A DNA stretch of 62,500 nucleotides, filler included, from Globobulimina sp. (taxonomy: Eukaryota), in assembly GCA_003354225.1 (NCBI GenBank). It is 16 parts of 16 records of this genome, joined end to end, with 100 filler letters (N's around TTAATTAATTAA, not from the genome) between each part and the next. Parts side by side here need not be neighbours in the genome. Positions count along the whole stretch, not along the records: positions 11,751 to 15,566 come from PIVH01002049.1; positions 15,667 to 19,480 come from PIVH01002050.1; positions 19,581 to 23,394 come from PIVH01002051.1; positions 23,495 to 27,307 come from PIVH01002052.1; 12 more parts are not named here. One strand, given 5' to 3'. A model generated the notes under the pieces. The model did not search any database. It was not told the origin of the DNA and saw only the letters and a list, made by a program, of their open reading frames with translations. Positions 12,555-25,122 of the stretch are shown here, piece by piece; positions within the stretch are counted from its first letter, which is position 1, and each line of letters begins with the position of its first letter. Made by a program: the position numbers and the translations under genes.

Positions 12555-15500
12555 ATGAAGTCCTCATCGAATGTTCCGTTGTTGACGCAACCTGGACATG
12601 ATCACAACAACAACAACGTCGTTCATTTGCACAATAGCCAGGAAGCCAATGGTGAGTACCACCCATCGATATCCGTAGGTGGAGCAGAATATTCACGCTC
12701 CAAATCATCATACCAACAATTAGTGAGTAACATATCTGATGATGAAAAAAGTCCGACTCTATCAAACGAAAAAGATTTTGAACCATATGTTATTACAACA
12801 AATCCATCTCTTAAATGTGTATTATTGACATTTTTAATTGGATGTATTATTATATTTATTGCTTTTATATTTCATGAAAATTTATTTTTTAATATGCCTG
12901 ACAAATATATTATAAATACCTCCTATTTCTTAATAATTCTATCTTTTGCTGCCTCATTTATATCTTATTCCATATTCAATTGCATTCAAATATGTTTTAA
13001 CTGCAAATTGCATAAAAATATCAGAGGATTTACAGTATTTTTTATCATTTTGGGCGTCTGTTTATTGATGTTGTCTGTTATTGGTTTTTTAGATGAATAT
13101 GTTGACAGTTATGACCGCTATGATGTTATATCATATCCAATATACATCGTATTTGCATTATTTTGTGTTGCGATTTTGTGTTTTATCGCTGTTTGGCTCG
13201 AAAACAAATATATTGCCAGAAAGAATAAAACAGAGCATCTAAAGAATTTTTATTACAATAAAATGTTACATGAAGAAGGTGATGAAAGTGATTATAAATT
13301 GCCTGGACATAGAGACAAATTATCAGATTATATCAAGAAGAATGGTACGACGCATCCTTACGATAAATCTACATTTTCATTGGTATGGCACACGTTGACA
13401 CATTCGTGGCTTTTTAGTATTATACATTTAGGCTCTTACAAAACATTGGAATCCTACGACATGTACTTACCACCAAAAGGTATATACGCGTTTTTCTAGT
13501 GTTTCAGTAAACATTTTGACATTTTGGTTTGTACGTTTTTGTCAGGCGATGATATTGAATATAATTTGGATAAATGGCTGGCGGAATGTGAGCGACAAAA
13601 GAAACTAAACCCAGACAAACCGTTCAATTCTTTCAAGGTACTATGGAACTTGGAACGTAATTCGTTTTTGGTGCGTTGTTCGTTTATGTGCGTTGGAGTG
13701 TTAACGGGCTTATTTGTGCCCCAAATAATTGGCGAATAGGCTGAATTTTATGAAAATGGCTCCATTGAGACATCATATGGCTTATATTTGTGTTTTGCAT
13801 TATTGCTTCTTGGAGTGATCCGTATTGAATTCGTAGCGGTCGTGTTCACTTTGGCGGGTCGCTGTGTTGCGAGAATCCGAGCATTGCTAACTTATGCCAT
13901 TTATTATAAAGCCATAAATATGGCAATATCGCACGACTCCGATGAGCTATCGTCAGGGCAGAAAATCACATTAATTGCTGCTGATACAGTTACGTACAAA
14001 ATGAATATGCATCGTCAGCATCAAATGATGTACATACTACATAGCGAATTATTGCATTTGCAGTAGGATTCGAACCAATGTTTTTTGCAAATGTGGTCTT
14101 AATTGTGATGGTCTGCGTGTTCCTGCATTTGGAAATTGGCATTTCTGCGCTCGCCGGCTGGATATTTATGATATTTGTAAGTGGCCCCATTCAGGGCTTA
14201 GTCGGCAAAAAAGTGCAAGTCGCCAGCAAAGCGTATATATTTGAGTCGGATTCGAGGGTTAAATTCATCGGAGAACTAATTCGCGGCATACGAGTCACCA
14301 AAATGTACGCTTGGGAGAGGGCACTGATGGACGAAGTATTTAATTATAGAAGGAAGGAAATGGTGCAGTTATTGGTGAAAATCAAGTTCATTTCGATTAT
14401 GTCGATGTTAAACATAGCGACTCCACAGTTTATGGCGTTGATTATGTTTGCCATTTATGTGTTGCTCGGAAATACGTTATCACTGCGTACTGTATTTGCG
14501 GTGATTACGTTGATTCAATTGGTTCGAATATCAATCCGTATCTTGCCGTATGCGATAATGTTAGGGGTTGGAGCTGCGGTTGGTTTTGGACGCTTGGATA
14601 CATTTTTCAATGCCAAGGAAAAATCAGACATGAAAGCTATTTCACAGTTGAGTTGGATATGTTTTTCACGTACAAAATGACTGTAAAATACGTAGGTTGC
14701 CAGCTGAAGATCTCTCAGATTCCAAATACAGCGTAATATTAAATAACGCGTCATTTAAATGGCCTAAAATGAAGAAGCGCGATGAGCAGAAAATTGATGT
14801 TGAGCTGGATGATGAAAAAGATTATGAATTTTTATTGGATAAAATCAGTATGAAACTGGAGAAGGGTAAGCTTTATGCAGTGATTGGCTCTGTCGGATCC
14901 GGCAAATCCTCGTTGATTGCGGCGGTTTTGCAGGAAATGCAAATGATTGACGGCGAAATAAATATTGACAATGATGTTAACGAACCGATTGGCTATGTGG
15001 CGCAAACTGCGTTTATTATGAATAACAGTGTACGCGAGAACATTTTATGGGGATTACCATTTCGTGCTAAATTTTATGATGAATGTTTGGAAGCTTCTTC
15101 GTTGAAACACGACCTATCCATTTTAGGTATGCTTGCTGTGTGAAATCTGTTTTTATTTTCTGATAAATATTGCATTGCGCTGTTAGCCAATGGAGACTTG
15201 ACAGAAATTGGCGAACGAGGCATTAATCTGAGCGGTGGGCAAAAACAACGCATTTCATTTTGTAGAGCTTTATACAGAAAACAAATGACATCGTTGTATT
15301 TAATGGATGATCCTTTGTCCGCAGTCGACGTAAACGTAGGAAGCACAATGTTTCATCGCGGAATTAAAACTTTATTAAAAAACAAGACCATTTTATTAGT
15401 AATTAACAGTCACTTACATTTATTACAATATATGGATGAAATATTGATCATTGACAAAGGCAAATTAGTGGCACAAGCACCGTATGACGACATCATGCAA

Positions 15501-15566
15501 AATGAAAATTATTTGCATTTATTACCTGACAAAGACAGAGAACACACACCAAACAACGCTGAATTC
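12555..15566 (+). CDS. ABCC/MRP-type ABC transporter (extra N-terminal TM region, TMD1, NBD1), 3' partial, with in-frame TAG at 13737-13739
   Basis: Walker A GSVGSGKSS, signature TEIGERGINLSGGQKQR, Walker B LYLMDDPLSAVD, and TMD motif ELIRGIRVTKMYAWE. Introns at 13480-13545, 13989-14044, 14647-14695 and 15127-15186. Confidence 0.92.
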
Positions 15567-15666
15567 NNNNNNNNNNNNNNNNNNNNNNNNNNNNNNNNNN
15601 NNNNNNNNNNTTAATTAATTAANNNNNNNNNNNNNNNNNNNNNNNNNNNNNNNNNNNNNNNNNNNN

Positions 15667-15826
15667 CATCGATGACGAGGAATCCGGTGATGGGGTCTTC
15701 ATCATCGACATCGTAGCCGTCGCCGAGCCACGTGGCGCCGCTGTCGGAGTCCTCTGAAGACGAGTCAATGATAGAGGTATTGCTCAAAGGCGCCTCATCT
15801 ATACATGCCATATACATGGATAGCAT
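15667..15826 (-). CDS. Possible 5' end of an acidic protein in a GC-richer segment, partial
   Basis: Open frame to the contig edge (…SSSEDSDSGATWLGDGYDVDDED…). No recognisable domain. Confidence 0.3.
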
Positions 15827-15972
15827 TGGATGGTCCGATTCCCACGAACCTTCTCCTTCCCAGGCTTATTCGTCATTGCCTGGGACAGGGCGTACTGCCG
15901 TATGAATGCGAGTGATCCACCAATGTATTGGGTATTGTGAATTTTTTTGATACAATTGTTGTGTATATACGT

Positions 15973-16809
15973 ATGTCTGTGGAACATACTGCTGCGGTGG
16001 GGGGCATGCCTGCGTCACATATAAGGGCGCTGCTGGTTGGCCTCGTCTGGTGTGGCGTCTCAGGCATGGTGTGGGCAGCAGATGGGTCGTGCAGGGGGGC
16101 AACGAGTAAGGATGCGTTGGAGAATCTGCAAGTTTTCGGTGGAAATGAGGATGCCATTCTCAGATGGGAGTATCCTGAGGGCGTGTGTATCCTGGGTTTT
16201 GTGGTGAGTGCAACAGAGCTGGATGCTTCTGGCAAGGATGTGAAGGAGGTTGCCTCGTTTGAGACTGCCTTGAGGAATACACTCGTGCCAAGGCTGAAAA
16301 ATGGCGTTCCGTATCGGTTTAATGTGCAAGTCAAGTATGCCAAGGACGCCTTCGGCCCATCTATTTCCAATACTACCACGCCATCAATCCCATGCAAGCA
16401 AAAAGGAGTCCCAGGACCAGTTGAAGCCCTGAGTGTGGTGAAGCAGACGCCAGAGTCTGTGGAAATTTGCTGGTCTGCTCCTGTGACTGGAGTCGGGTGT
16501 GTTGATGAATATATCGTCGGTAAGAGAAAAAAACCGAGAACTAATGCTGAGGCATTTTCTGAAGACTTTGAGTGGACGATAAGCAAAACAGCACTGCCAG
16601 GGTGCCATACATTCACAGATCACGAGCTGAATCGGCCATATGAATATGGTGTGCAAGCATACAATGCGCCTTCGCAGACGGGCGGTGAAGCTGAGGTTGT
16701 CAATGTGTATGTAGCTGATTCATGGCGATGTCTTCCTGTTGGAACGTACTATCCTTTTGTTAATGGGTATTGTTCAGGAAAATCAATACGATTTGCAGTT
16801 GTAGATTAA
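15973..16809 (+). CDS. Secreted protein with two fibronectin type III domains, intronless
   Basis: Signal-like LLVGLVWCGVSG. FN3 motifs LRWEYP...LKNGVPYRFNVQVKY and VPGPV...SVEICWSAP...LNRPYEYGVQAYN. Confidence 0.8.
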   Translation: MSVEHTAAVGGMPASHIRALLVGLVWCGVSGMVWAADGSCRGATSKDALENLQVFGGNEDAILRWEYPEGVCILGFVVSATELDASGKDVKEVASFETALRNTLVPRLKNGVPYRFNVQVKYAKDAFGPSISNTTTPSIPCKQKGVPGPVEALSVVKQTPESVEICWSAPVTGVGCVDEYIVGKRKKPRTNAEAFSEDFEWTISKTALPGCHTFTDHELNRPYEYGVQAYNAPSQTGGEAEVVNVYVADSWRCLPVGTYYPFVNGYCSGKSIRFAVVD

Positions 16810-16838
16810 ATTAACATCTTGCAGTATCCATTTGAATA

Positions 16839-18665
16839 ATGCTTTCGTGCCTTGTTGCCATCTTAACTTCTTTTATACCTGTAAATGGCGAACCTAATCC
16901 ACCAATCTGGCCATCATCAGTATATGTGTTCAATGAAAGCGCAATAAGTTATGCACAACAAGTTGCAGATTCAATTCGCGGAAATGGCGAATTCTCTGAT
17001 CGACGCTATGCTTTATTATTCAAACCAGGCACATATAATGGTCTTAACATTAATGTTGGATATTATACATCCGTCATTGGCTTAGGAGCAACTCCCCAAG
17101 ACGTCAAAATATCAAATATTATTTGTCAAAACAAAGGTGGTGGAGCCTTAACTAATTTCTGGAGATCAGTGGAAAACATTTACACAAAACCAACACAAAG
17201 TTGGAATGGAGGTATATATATTTCTACAACACATAAAATATTGACATACTGCATATATATCTTACAAATAAGGTGTGGCAATGTTATGGGCTGTATCCCA
17301 GGCAGCCCCAATGCGCAGAGTCTATGTCGATGGCCATTTGGATTTATGGGAAGGCAGTGGGTATTCATCCGGAGGTTATATATCCGACACTGTTGTGACT
17401 GGTGGCATTACCTCTGGATCGCAGCAACAATTTTATATTCGAAACACGGACTTAGGTTCCTGGAATGGCGGGGTTTGGAACATGGTATTTCAAGGTTGCA
17501 AAAACGCGCCAAACACCCAATGCCCGGGGCATATCACCACCATTGCAAACACCCCCATTATTGCGGAAAAACCCTTTATTACCATCGGCAATGCTGGCAA
17601 ATATACATTGAATGTGCCGAGAGCTGAAAACAACAAAGTTGGTGCTTCAGATTTTGCCAATCAAGTATTGACCAAAATTGATTTTAGCAATGTTTATGTA
17701 GCCACTGCATCGGATTCTGCTGCGACAATAAACAGCAAATTAAGTGCTGGCGAACATGTAATATTAAGTCCTGGCGAATATAACTTAAATTCTGCAATAT
17801 CGATAAGCAGAGCAAATACAGTTTTATTAGGCATTGGTTTCCCGACATTAATATCCATGAATGGCAATGCTGTGATTGAGGTTGGTGTTGGTGGCGAAAC
17901 TGTGGACGGTGTGCGGATTGGCAGTGTGTTGTTGCAGGCGGGACAGAAAGCAGCCAAAACTTTGTTGCAGTTTGGACCACAAAATGGTAGGGTTTCGGCA
18001 TCAAATCCTGCATTTTTACATGATATATTTGCTCGAGTTGGAGGGCCAACCAATTCAAATCAGGTTTTTAATTTATATTTTGTCTGTACATATATTTTGG
18101 TGTATATTTTTATTGAAAGGTACAAGTTGCATCGAGTATTATGGTGCAAATAAATTCGAACAATGTAATATTTGATGGTTCATGGCTATGGCGTGCCGAC
18201 CATGATACTGGCGGCTCGGTGAAAAGCAGTCATAATGAATGTGCTACGGGCTTTCAAGCCAATGGTGATGACATAACAGCGTATGGTTTAGCAGTGGAAC
18301 ACACTTTGGGTGATTTGGTGCAATGGACTGGAAATGGGGGCAAATGTTATTTTTATCAAAGTGAACTTCCATATGATGTGACACAGCAAAACTACGGCGA
18401 TCGAGGCTATGTTGGATTTCGTGTAAATAGTTCGGTGACATCCTTCGAAGGTCATGGACTTGGCATTTATTCATATTTTAGAGATTATAGTGTAATCGTT
18501 GCAAATGGTATTGAATGTCCTGCAAATAATAATAATGTGCATTTTGAAAATTCATTCACAATATTTTTGAGTGGTAATGGAGGGATAGAGCATGTAATTG
18601 ATGGTCAAGGAGGCAGTGGTATACCTCACCATGACGTACCGCAATATGTTTGCAAATATCCTTAA
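16839..18665 (+). CDS. Secreted bacterial-type GH55-like exo-beta-1,3-glucanase (laminarinase)
   Basis: Motifs RYALLFKPGTY, NFWRSVEN, WAVSQAAPMRR, SSGGYISD, SGSQQQ, WLWRADH, YGLAVEH and FYQSELPYD. Signal peptide. Introns at 17212-17272 and 18064-18119. Confidence 0.85.
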
Positions 18666-18787
18666 TTGTAATTATATAAATAATGACATATAAAATTAAT
18701 TCAGTGATCACATCTATAAGTCTCGAGTTTGTACATACACTTTTTTTTCCTGTGAAAACCTTTCAAGTAAAGTATAATATAAAAGGA

Positions 18788-19350
18788 TTATGACAAGAAT
18801 ACATTAAATCTGTACGTGGAGTTTGTATCATTCGCATCAAATGGATACCAAAATGGATAATTAGTATTCCATGTATTGTCAAACAAACTAAAAGCAACTC
18901 CTTTCGACAAATCATTTGACATATTTAATGGTATCGGAAATGTAGTAAATTCATTGAATGTATACGGTACAAATCCTGCTAATGCAGCATCAATCGACTG
19001 TACTCGCATCGCATTTGTATCAAACATACATTGCGCTGTTCCATTATTCGGATCAACACTGTGTAAATGCCACGAACCATTTCGAACCACATCATTAATA
19101 TTCACCATTTCTCCAATTTTATTCACCAACATTTGATTACATTTCTTATTCGAATTAAACACAAACCATAAACTCTCCGGAATGCGAGTCCACGTTTTGT
19201 TAATCATTGTGAATTGCATACTAAACCCATCAGAATTGCGATCAATATTTGTTGTATTCCATATTGATGTAAAATTTATAATATTATACATTCGATCGGG
19301 AGCTCCATAATTCGTTTCCAAATCTGTCTGATGTTGACCCAAATTTGTTT
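18788..19350 (-). CDS. Last exon of a DUF5054-like putative glycoside hydrolase
   Basis: NKTWTRIPESLWFVF, DVVRNGSWHLH, SIDAAL and FSLFDNTWNTNYPFWYPF. Splice acceptor TTGTAG at 19351. Confidence 0.7.
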
Positions 19351-19580
19351 CTACAATGAAGATAATTGTAAAAAAGCAAATGTATCATTAAAAATCAAAT
19401 GGCGATGTAATAATAACCAATGCAAACAATTTAAAAAAAATTGGATTCGATTCGTAACATTAAAAAAACATCAAATTGCGNNNNNNNNNNNNNNNNNNNN
19501 NNNNNNNNNNNNNNNNNNNNNNNNTTAATTAATTAANNNNNNNNNNNNNNNNNNNNNNNNNNNNNNNNNNNNNNNNNNNN

Positions 19581-20256
19581 CCCTAACTCTGACTCCGAAG
19601 AATATGATCGATGCTGAAAACTCTGAGTCTGAAGAATATGAACCGGAGGATAAAATTAAAAAAATTGGTAAAAAAAGGAGTGTTTTGAAATTTGTGAAAG
19701 ATAAAAAGGTCCGAAATAACACCATCAAAAAATTATTGTCAACCGACATTTTCAATGAAATCATGAATATGAAAACATTAACAAAAACAATGTATATAAA
19801 GAAAACAGCAAAACACAGTGCAACGGGGTTGAATGTCTCTGCATTATGTGATTGTGATTGTGATGGTGGCACTTTTATTTGTTTTATTTGCCAAAAAGGA
19901 TTTGCAACATACCAGTTATTGCAGAAGGGCATTACTGGACATTTAAATAATTTGATTGGATTGCAACGTGATGCACTCTGCGTGATGGGAAACCGTATAG
20001 AGATATGGCTTTTGAACGCGGCTATGAACAGATCAAAGATGCAGATGATCCAAACACAATAATTGCTTTTAAATGTATCGATGCTAAATGTGGAAAAATA
20101 TTTACAGTGAATTACCATTTAACGGCTCTTGATCAACAGAAGATTGATAATGGAAAGCCATTAAAGGATGTGTTGAAAAGAAAGCTGGCCACCGCAAGGG
20201 GCAAATTTAGAAAACATAAACTCAAAGAGCATCCCACAGAAGAAAAAAGTAAATAA
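19581..20256 (+). CDS. Zinc-finger-like protein split over two frames by a -1 shift, 5' partial
   Basis: FICFICQKGF...GH in frame 0, and FKCIDAKCGKIF...HKLKEH in the -1 frame (open from 19972). Confidence 0.5.
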
Positions 20257-20384
20257 AACACTGTTTAAATCATCACCACTGTTTTTTTTTTAATTATTTA
20301 TTTTTCGTTAATTTCATTATTTGTTCTATTAAAATTTAAAACTTCTCTATCTGTCACTGAATCCAAAAATCTCTTTAAAGATGA

Positions 20385-23300
20385 GCTCTGATCAACATTC
20401 CTCAGACATTCAAAAATGACATCTCTGATCCTGTCGGTCCAGGTTTGTGATGTTGCGAATTTGCGTATAATTTTCTAATATAATTCTAATTATTTCAGGT
20501 CAATTTATTATCGATCGATATGTGGCGTATTGTGACGCACAAAGCAAAAATAGTGGTGCCGGGATCGCGGCGTCTGAAGAATTGATAGAATACACTTTGG
20601 GCAGTGTAAAAAGCGGCATTTTTGATATACATTTGTCATTTGGCGGCAATGAGCGCAACAACAAAAAAATTGACGCTTTGCAATTTGTCTGTTTATCGCA
20701 AGGCTTATCGTTCAGCAAAGTGTATCACAAATTGATCGTATCGCAATTGTCCTCGTTGGACGACACCTCGATGGCTATCTTAATGACTTTATTTGAGACC
20801 AATTACGCCATCAAAATATTAGAGTTTCGTCGCGTCGATTTACAAACTAAAACCATGCGATCGTTGTCGTCTTCGTTGAGTTGCACCAACGGATTGTCGT
20901 CGTTGCAGGAATTGAACATCATCGACATCTCTATGAATAAAAACATTGTGTTGGCCATGTCTGCGGGTTTGACATATATCAAATTGAAAGTATTGCGTTT
21001 AACCAACTGCTATTTGAATAAAACTGGCACCATTCAGTTATTTAATATATTGCAGAAAACAGAGCAATACAAACATTTGACGCATTTAAATCTATCCAAA
21101 AACCAATGCGGCAGACAAGGCACCAAAGCCATTGCAGCTTTTTTGAACAAATGTTGTAAATTACAGGTTTTAGTGGTTGCCGATGCTCAGTTGGATGGGA
21201 ATGAGTTTTTTCATTCTCTCACCATTCACACCGCACAAAAGGATGCCAACCAATTATCGCATATTAATACATTGACTCTGTTGGATTTCAGTGGCAATAA
21301 TATCGGTGAAAAGGGGGCAAATTATTTGGGCAAATTTATCCGAAAAACAACTTGTTTAAATTATTGTAAATTGTCGCGTTGTAATATGAGTGTTACGCAA
21401 TTAACAAATATTTTTGGTGCGGCCATGGATAATATGCAAGGTTTCCCGGATGGCAAATTCAATAAAAATAAGAAGCAAAACAAGCAGAATATATATGCTG
21501 CGCCGACCCATTGCGATATTATGCTCTGTACCAATTTATTGTGTTTGTCGTTAGATTTAAGTGATAACCAATTTGGCAGCAAAGGGGCGGATATCCTTTG
21601 CCATTCATTGCAGAAACAGTCAAATTATACCATTGTGTCGTTGAATTTGGCCAAGAATAATTTCAATGTGTCCGATATGAAGAATATTATATATAATCTC
21701 AAATCATTGGCCTGTTTGGAAAGGCTATGTATTTCGGAAAATGTGCGTCGAGGCATTGCCAAAAAAACAGACAAAGATGGCTTGATTGGCAAAGCTTTGT
21801 TGTATTTATTCCAACAAACACCGACTTTGAACGAGTTGGCCATCACCGGCAACGAATCCAATAATTGCTATTTAGACATTGGTTTGCAACATTTCTTGGC
21901 GCAAATCAACAAAATCTCAAATTTAGAATTTCTGGACATTACCGGCAATAAAATTGGCGACAAACAGTTCGTTCCATTTATAAAAGCATTGAAAAACAAC
22001 AGCACTCTGCGTCTGGTCCGCTGTAATGACAATAAATTATCTTCCGATGTGTTGCTCAATTATTTGGAGCTTCTATCAAATCATCCAACGGTCATCGATA
22101 AGATCCCAAACCAACTGAAATCGTCCAAATCCAACAAAAAATACAATTCATTGCGAGATGCGGCCAGACAGAATTTAAAAGGCAACAAACAACAATTTGA
22201 AATTGATAGGAAAATGATCACCGCCTTGCCGCGCGAAATGAGGTTGGAAAAAGAGCTGCGTCGTCCATGCGGCACTCAGTACGGAATTACCATTGAGCGC
22301 ATCCGCGGCACTGTGCAGTATCCGGACTATGCCGCCCGTATACCACAGGTTTTGGTGAAGTTGAAGAATTTGTTGGATGCCCGAGGCGGCTTTCAGACGG
22401 TTGGCATTTTCCGCATTCAGCCGGACGCCAAGGAGTTTCCCGTAGTGCGGCAAGCTTTGAACACAAACAACTTCGAGTTCCGCATCAATGACATAAACTG
22501 CATAGCGAATGCGCTCAAAGTCTGGTTCCGCGAGTTGCCCATCAAAGTATTAACGCCCATTTCAAAGCAGCGAATCATGCAATGTTCGTCGCAAAAGCAA
22601 GTGGCGGACATCATCACCAACTTACTCCAACCACACAAGTCAATCTTTGAGTGGTTGTTGGATTTGGCGGTGCAGGTCGTCCATAACTGCAATAAAAATA
22701 AAATGGATGCCAAGAATATGGCAGTCGTACTATGTCCCAATTTGTATGACAATAATGAGCAAACTGCCGATGCCTTGTCGTTGCAGCAAGCATTGCTAAC
22801 TTTTACTGAGTTCGCCATCCGACATCGCATTGAGTTTCGGAAAAATAATCCGGTGCAGAAAATCAATGATATGTTCGCATTGAAAGCCGGTTTGACTCCA
22901 GGTTTATTAATCTATTTTTGTTATTTGTTGTTATGATATAAATTGACTTTATGCGATCAGGCATTGCCGACCAGAATGCGTTGGCTATGCAAATGCTTGC
23001 AAACGAGGACGAGGATGAGGATGAGGATGAGGATGAATTTGTGGATGAGAGCAAGGAGAATAATATGGACGCACTGTCTGGCGAAGAAGGGGACGCTTTT
23101 GCGGGCGCAATCTATTCTGGTTCGAGGTTTCGCGGTGCCTCACAAGCATCGGATGACAACAAAAAAAAGAAAATCGGCAAACTGAATGTAAATAAATACA
23201 TTGGCCATGTCGATGACAATAAAGAAATGATTGAAGAAGACATCCCACCGCCGGCTTTCTCAGACTATGAAGACGACGAACAGCATTTTGCCGACATAGC

Positions 23301-23394
23301 GCCCAACGCTGGACACAAAGTGAAAAATATGTCCATTGCCATTGCGGACGGCAAAGTTAAAAATGTGGCGGCGACACTGGCCATCGATCCCACT
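20385..23394 (+). CDS. CARMIL-like LRR protein with RhoGAP domain and acidic/proline tail, partial at both ends
   Basis: RYVAYCD linker, many RI-type LRRs (LxxLxLSxNxxG), RhoGAP motifs GIFRIQP (Arg finger), ALKVWFRELP and NKMDAKNMAVVLCPNL. Introns at 20443-20498 and 22902-22960. Confidence 0.8.
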
Positions 23395-23494
23395 NNNNNN
23401 NNNNNNNNNNNNNNNNNNNNNNNNNNNNNNNNNNNNNNTTAATTAATTAANNNNNNNNNNNNNNNNNNNNNNNNNNNNNNNNNNNNNNNNNNNN

Positions 23495-24688
23495 ATCAAA
23501 ATAAATCGGTTCAATGTCTTCATTAAATTGCTTTTTGTGATTTGTTAATTTAATGCGAAATCTACGTAAAAATGCTGTGCCTGGCCACATTAAGGCAGCC
23601 ATCCATGTTAATGAACCTAATAAAGATTCAAATTTATCGCTCATAATCATTCTATGACAAATAATGATGATTAAAATAAGTAAAACCTTCTTCTTTTTAA
23701 CAGGACCTGGTCCTACAGTCATATCCGTAGAGTCATAGATAAGACCACAAATTTCCATGATCCATGAAATTGCTTTTCTTTTCTGTTCTTTTTCTATATA
23801 ACCACAGCAATGTAAAAATTTGAAGAACAAGTGCATGATTTCAAATTCACGATTTCTATTCGACTCTGGATAAGATTTGATAAATCCAACATGATCATCA
23901 ATGTAAACCGCATTAATAATTAATTCATTGGATAATAAGTATGGTTTGACCCAATTTTGAAATGCTGCAATAAGAGTTTCTCCAAATTCTTGTGTGTGTT
24001 TTGAAGCAGATTTGGATCCGTAAATGTCGCGGGTATCACTAAAAATAATATTGTAAAATTTATATCCCATATAACGCCAATCTTCCTTCGCAATACCAAG
24101 CTGACGGAATGCATCACTTCCATCAGTCTTAAACATTAAGCAAAATCTGCCTGCTTTGATCATAAAATGACAGAATGATTTACAAAGTGGTACATTCATT
24201 TTGTAATTGATAGGCGGTGTTAGTTCATTGATGCTGTACGTCCAATAGGATGAATATGAGGCATGTCTACAAATTCGTACCTTGCTGTAACGTTGTGTCC
24301 ATAACGTGAGAGGACCTCCAGTCTTTTTGTCGACAGCTACGACTTCAATAAAGTTCTCAATACACATTGAATGACCTAATAATATGCTGGCAGGACCTAC
24401 CTGACCTACTTCTATTGCACCAGCAAAGTTGGCACCAATTTCAATTTTTTCTAGAATTGTATAATCATTCATTGTTCGAACTTGTTTGTTCATTGGAAGG
24501 CCATTGGGATGAATACCCAGTTTCCATCCATGTTTTACATTGTGTATAATTTGATAAATCAATGATTTTAATTCTTTATTCTTTCTCGGAGTGTGATTGT
24601 ATAATACAACATATGTGTTCGGAAACATAAGTGTATATATTGTGTATACTATGATAATCATCATATGAATAAAATCGCCAATGGACAT
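23495..24688 (-). CDS. DIRS-type reverse transcriptase, 3' partial
   Basis: KTDGSDAFRQL, DTRDIYGSKSAS, YIDD, ICGLIYDS, and the DIRS RT/RH junction FESLLGSLTWMAALMWPGTAFLRR. Confidence 0.85.
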
Positions 24689-25122
24689 TCATAGATGATA
24701 GGAACGTAACATATTAATATATGTAATATTTAATATGTCTGACTGTCAATGACGTTCCTCTGATAAAACAAAGGTGTTGACTCAAAAACCTTAAAGTGAC
24801 TGAAACTGTCTGTATTGTTGTGTGAAATATCTCGATTTGTGACTAATAGTTTAATGTTGAAAATTAAAAATAAATAACTAACTAATTGACAGAATAATTC
24901 ATTGTCAGATAATACACAAATACAGATACATTGAATAATAATATGAGAGATATGTGATAGAAATATACAAAATAGACAATGCATTAAATAAATAATGTAT
25001 TGGTCACTCAAAATCTTATAAAGATTCATCAAATTATAGTATAAAATGTAGACATAAAGGATATTAAAATAAATGTAAATAAATGTGAATAGAAAATTAA
25101 TGATATCGTCGAATCAAAGTAC

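Noticed and set aside
23005-23036. (GAGGAT)n microsatellite
   Set aside because: Encodes an ordinary EDEDED acidic tract.
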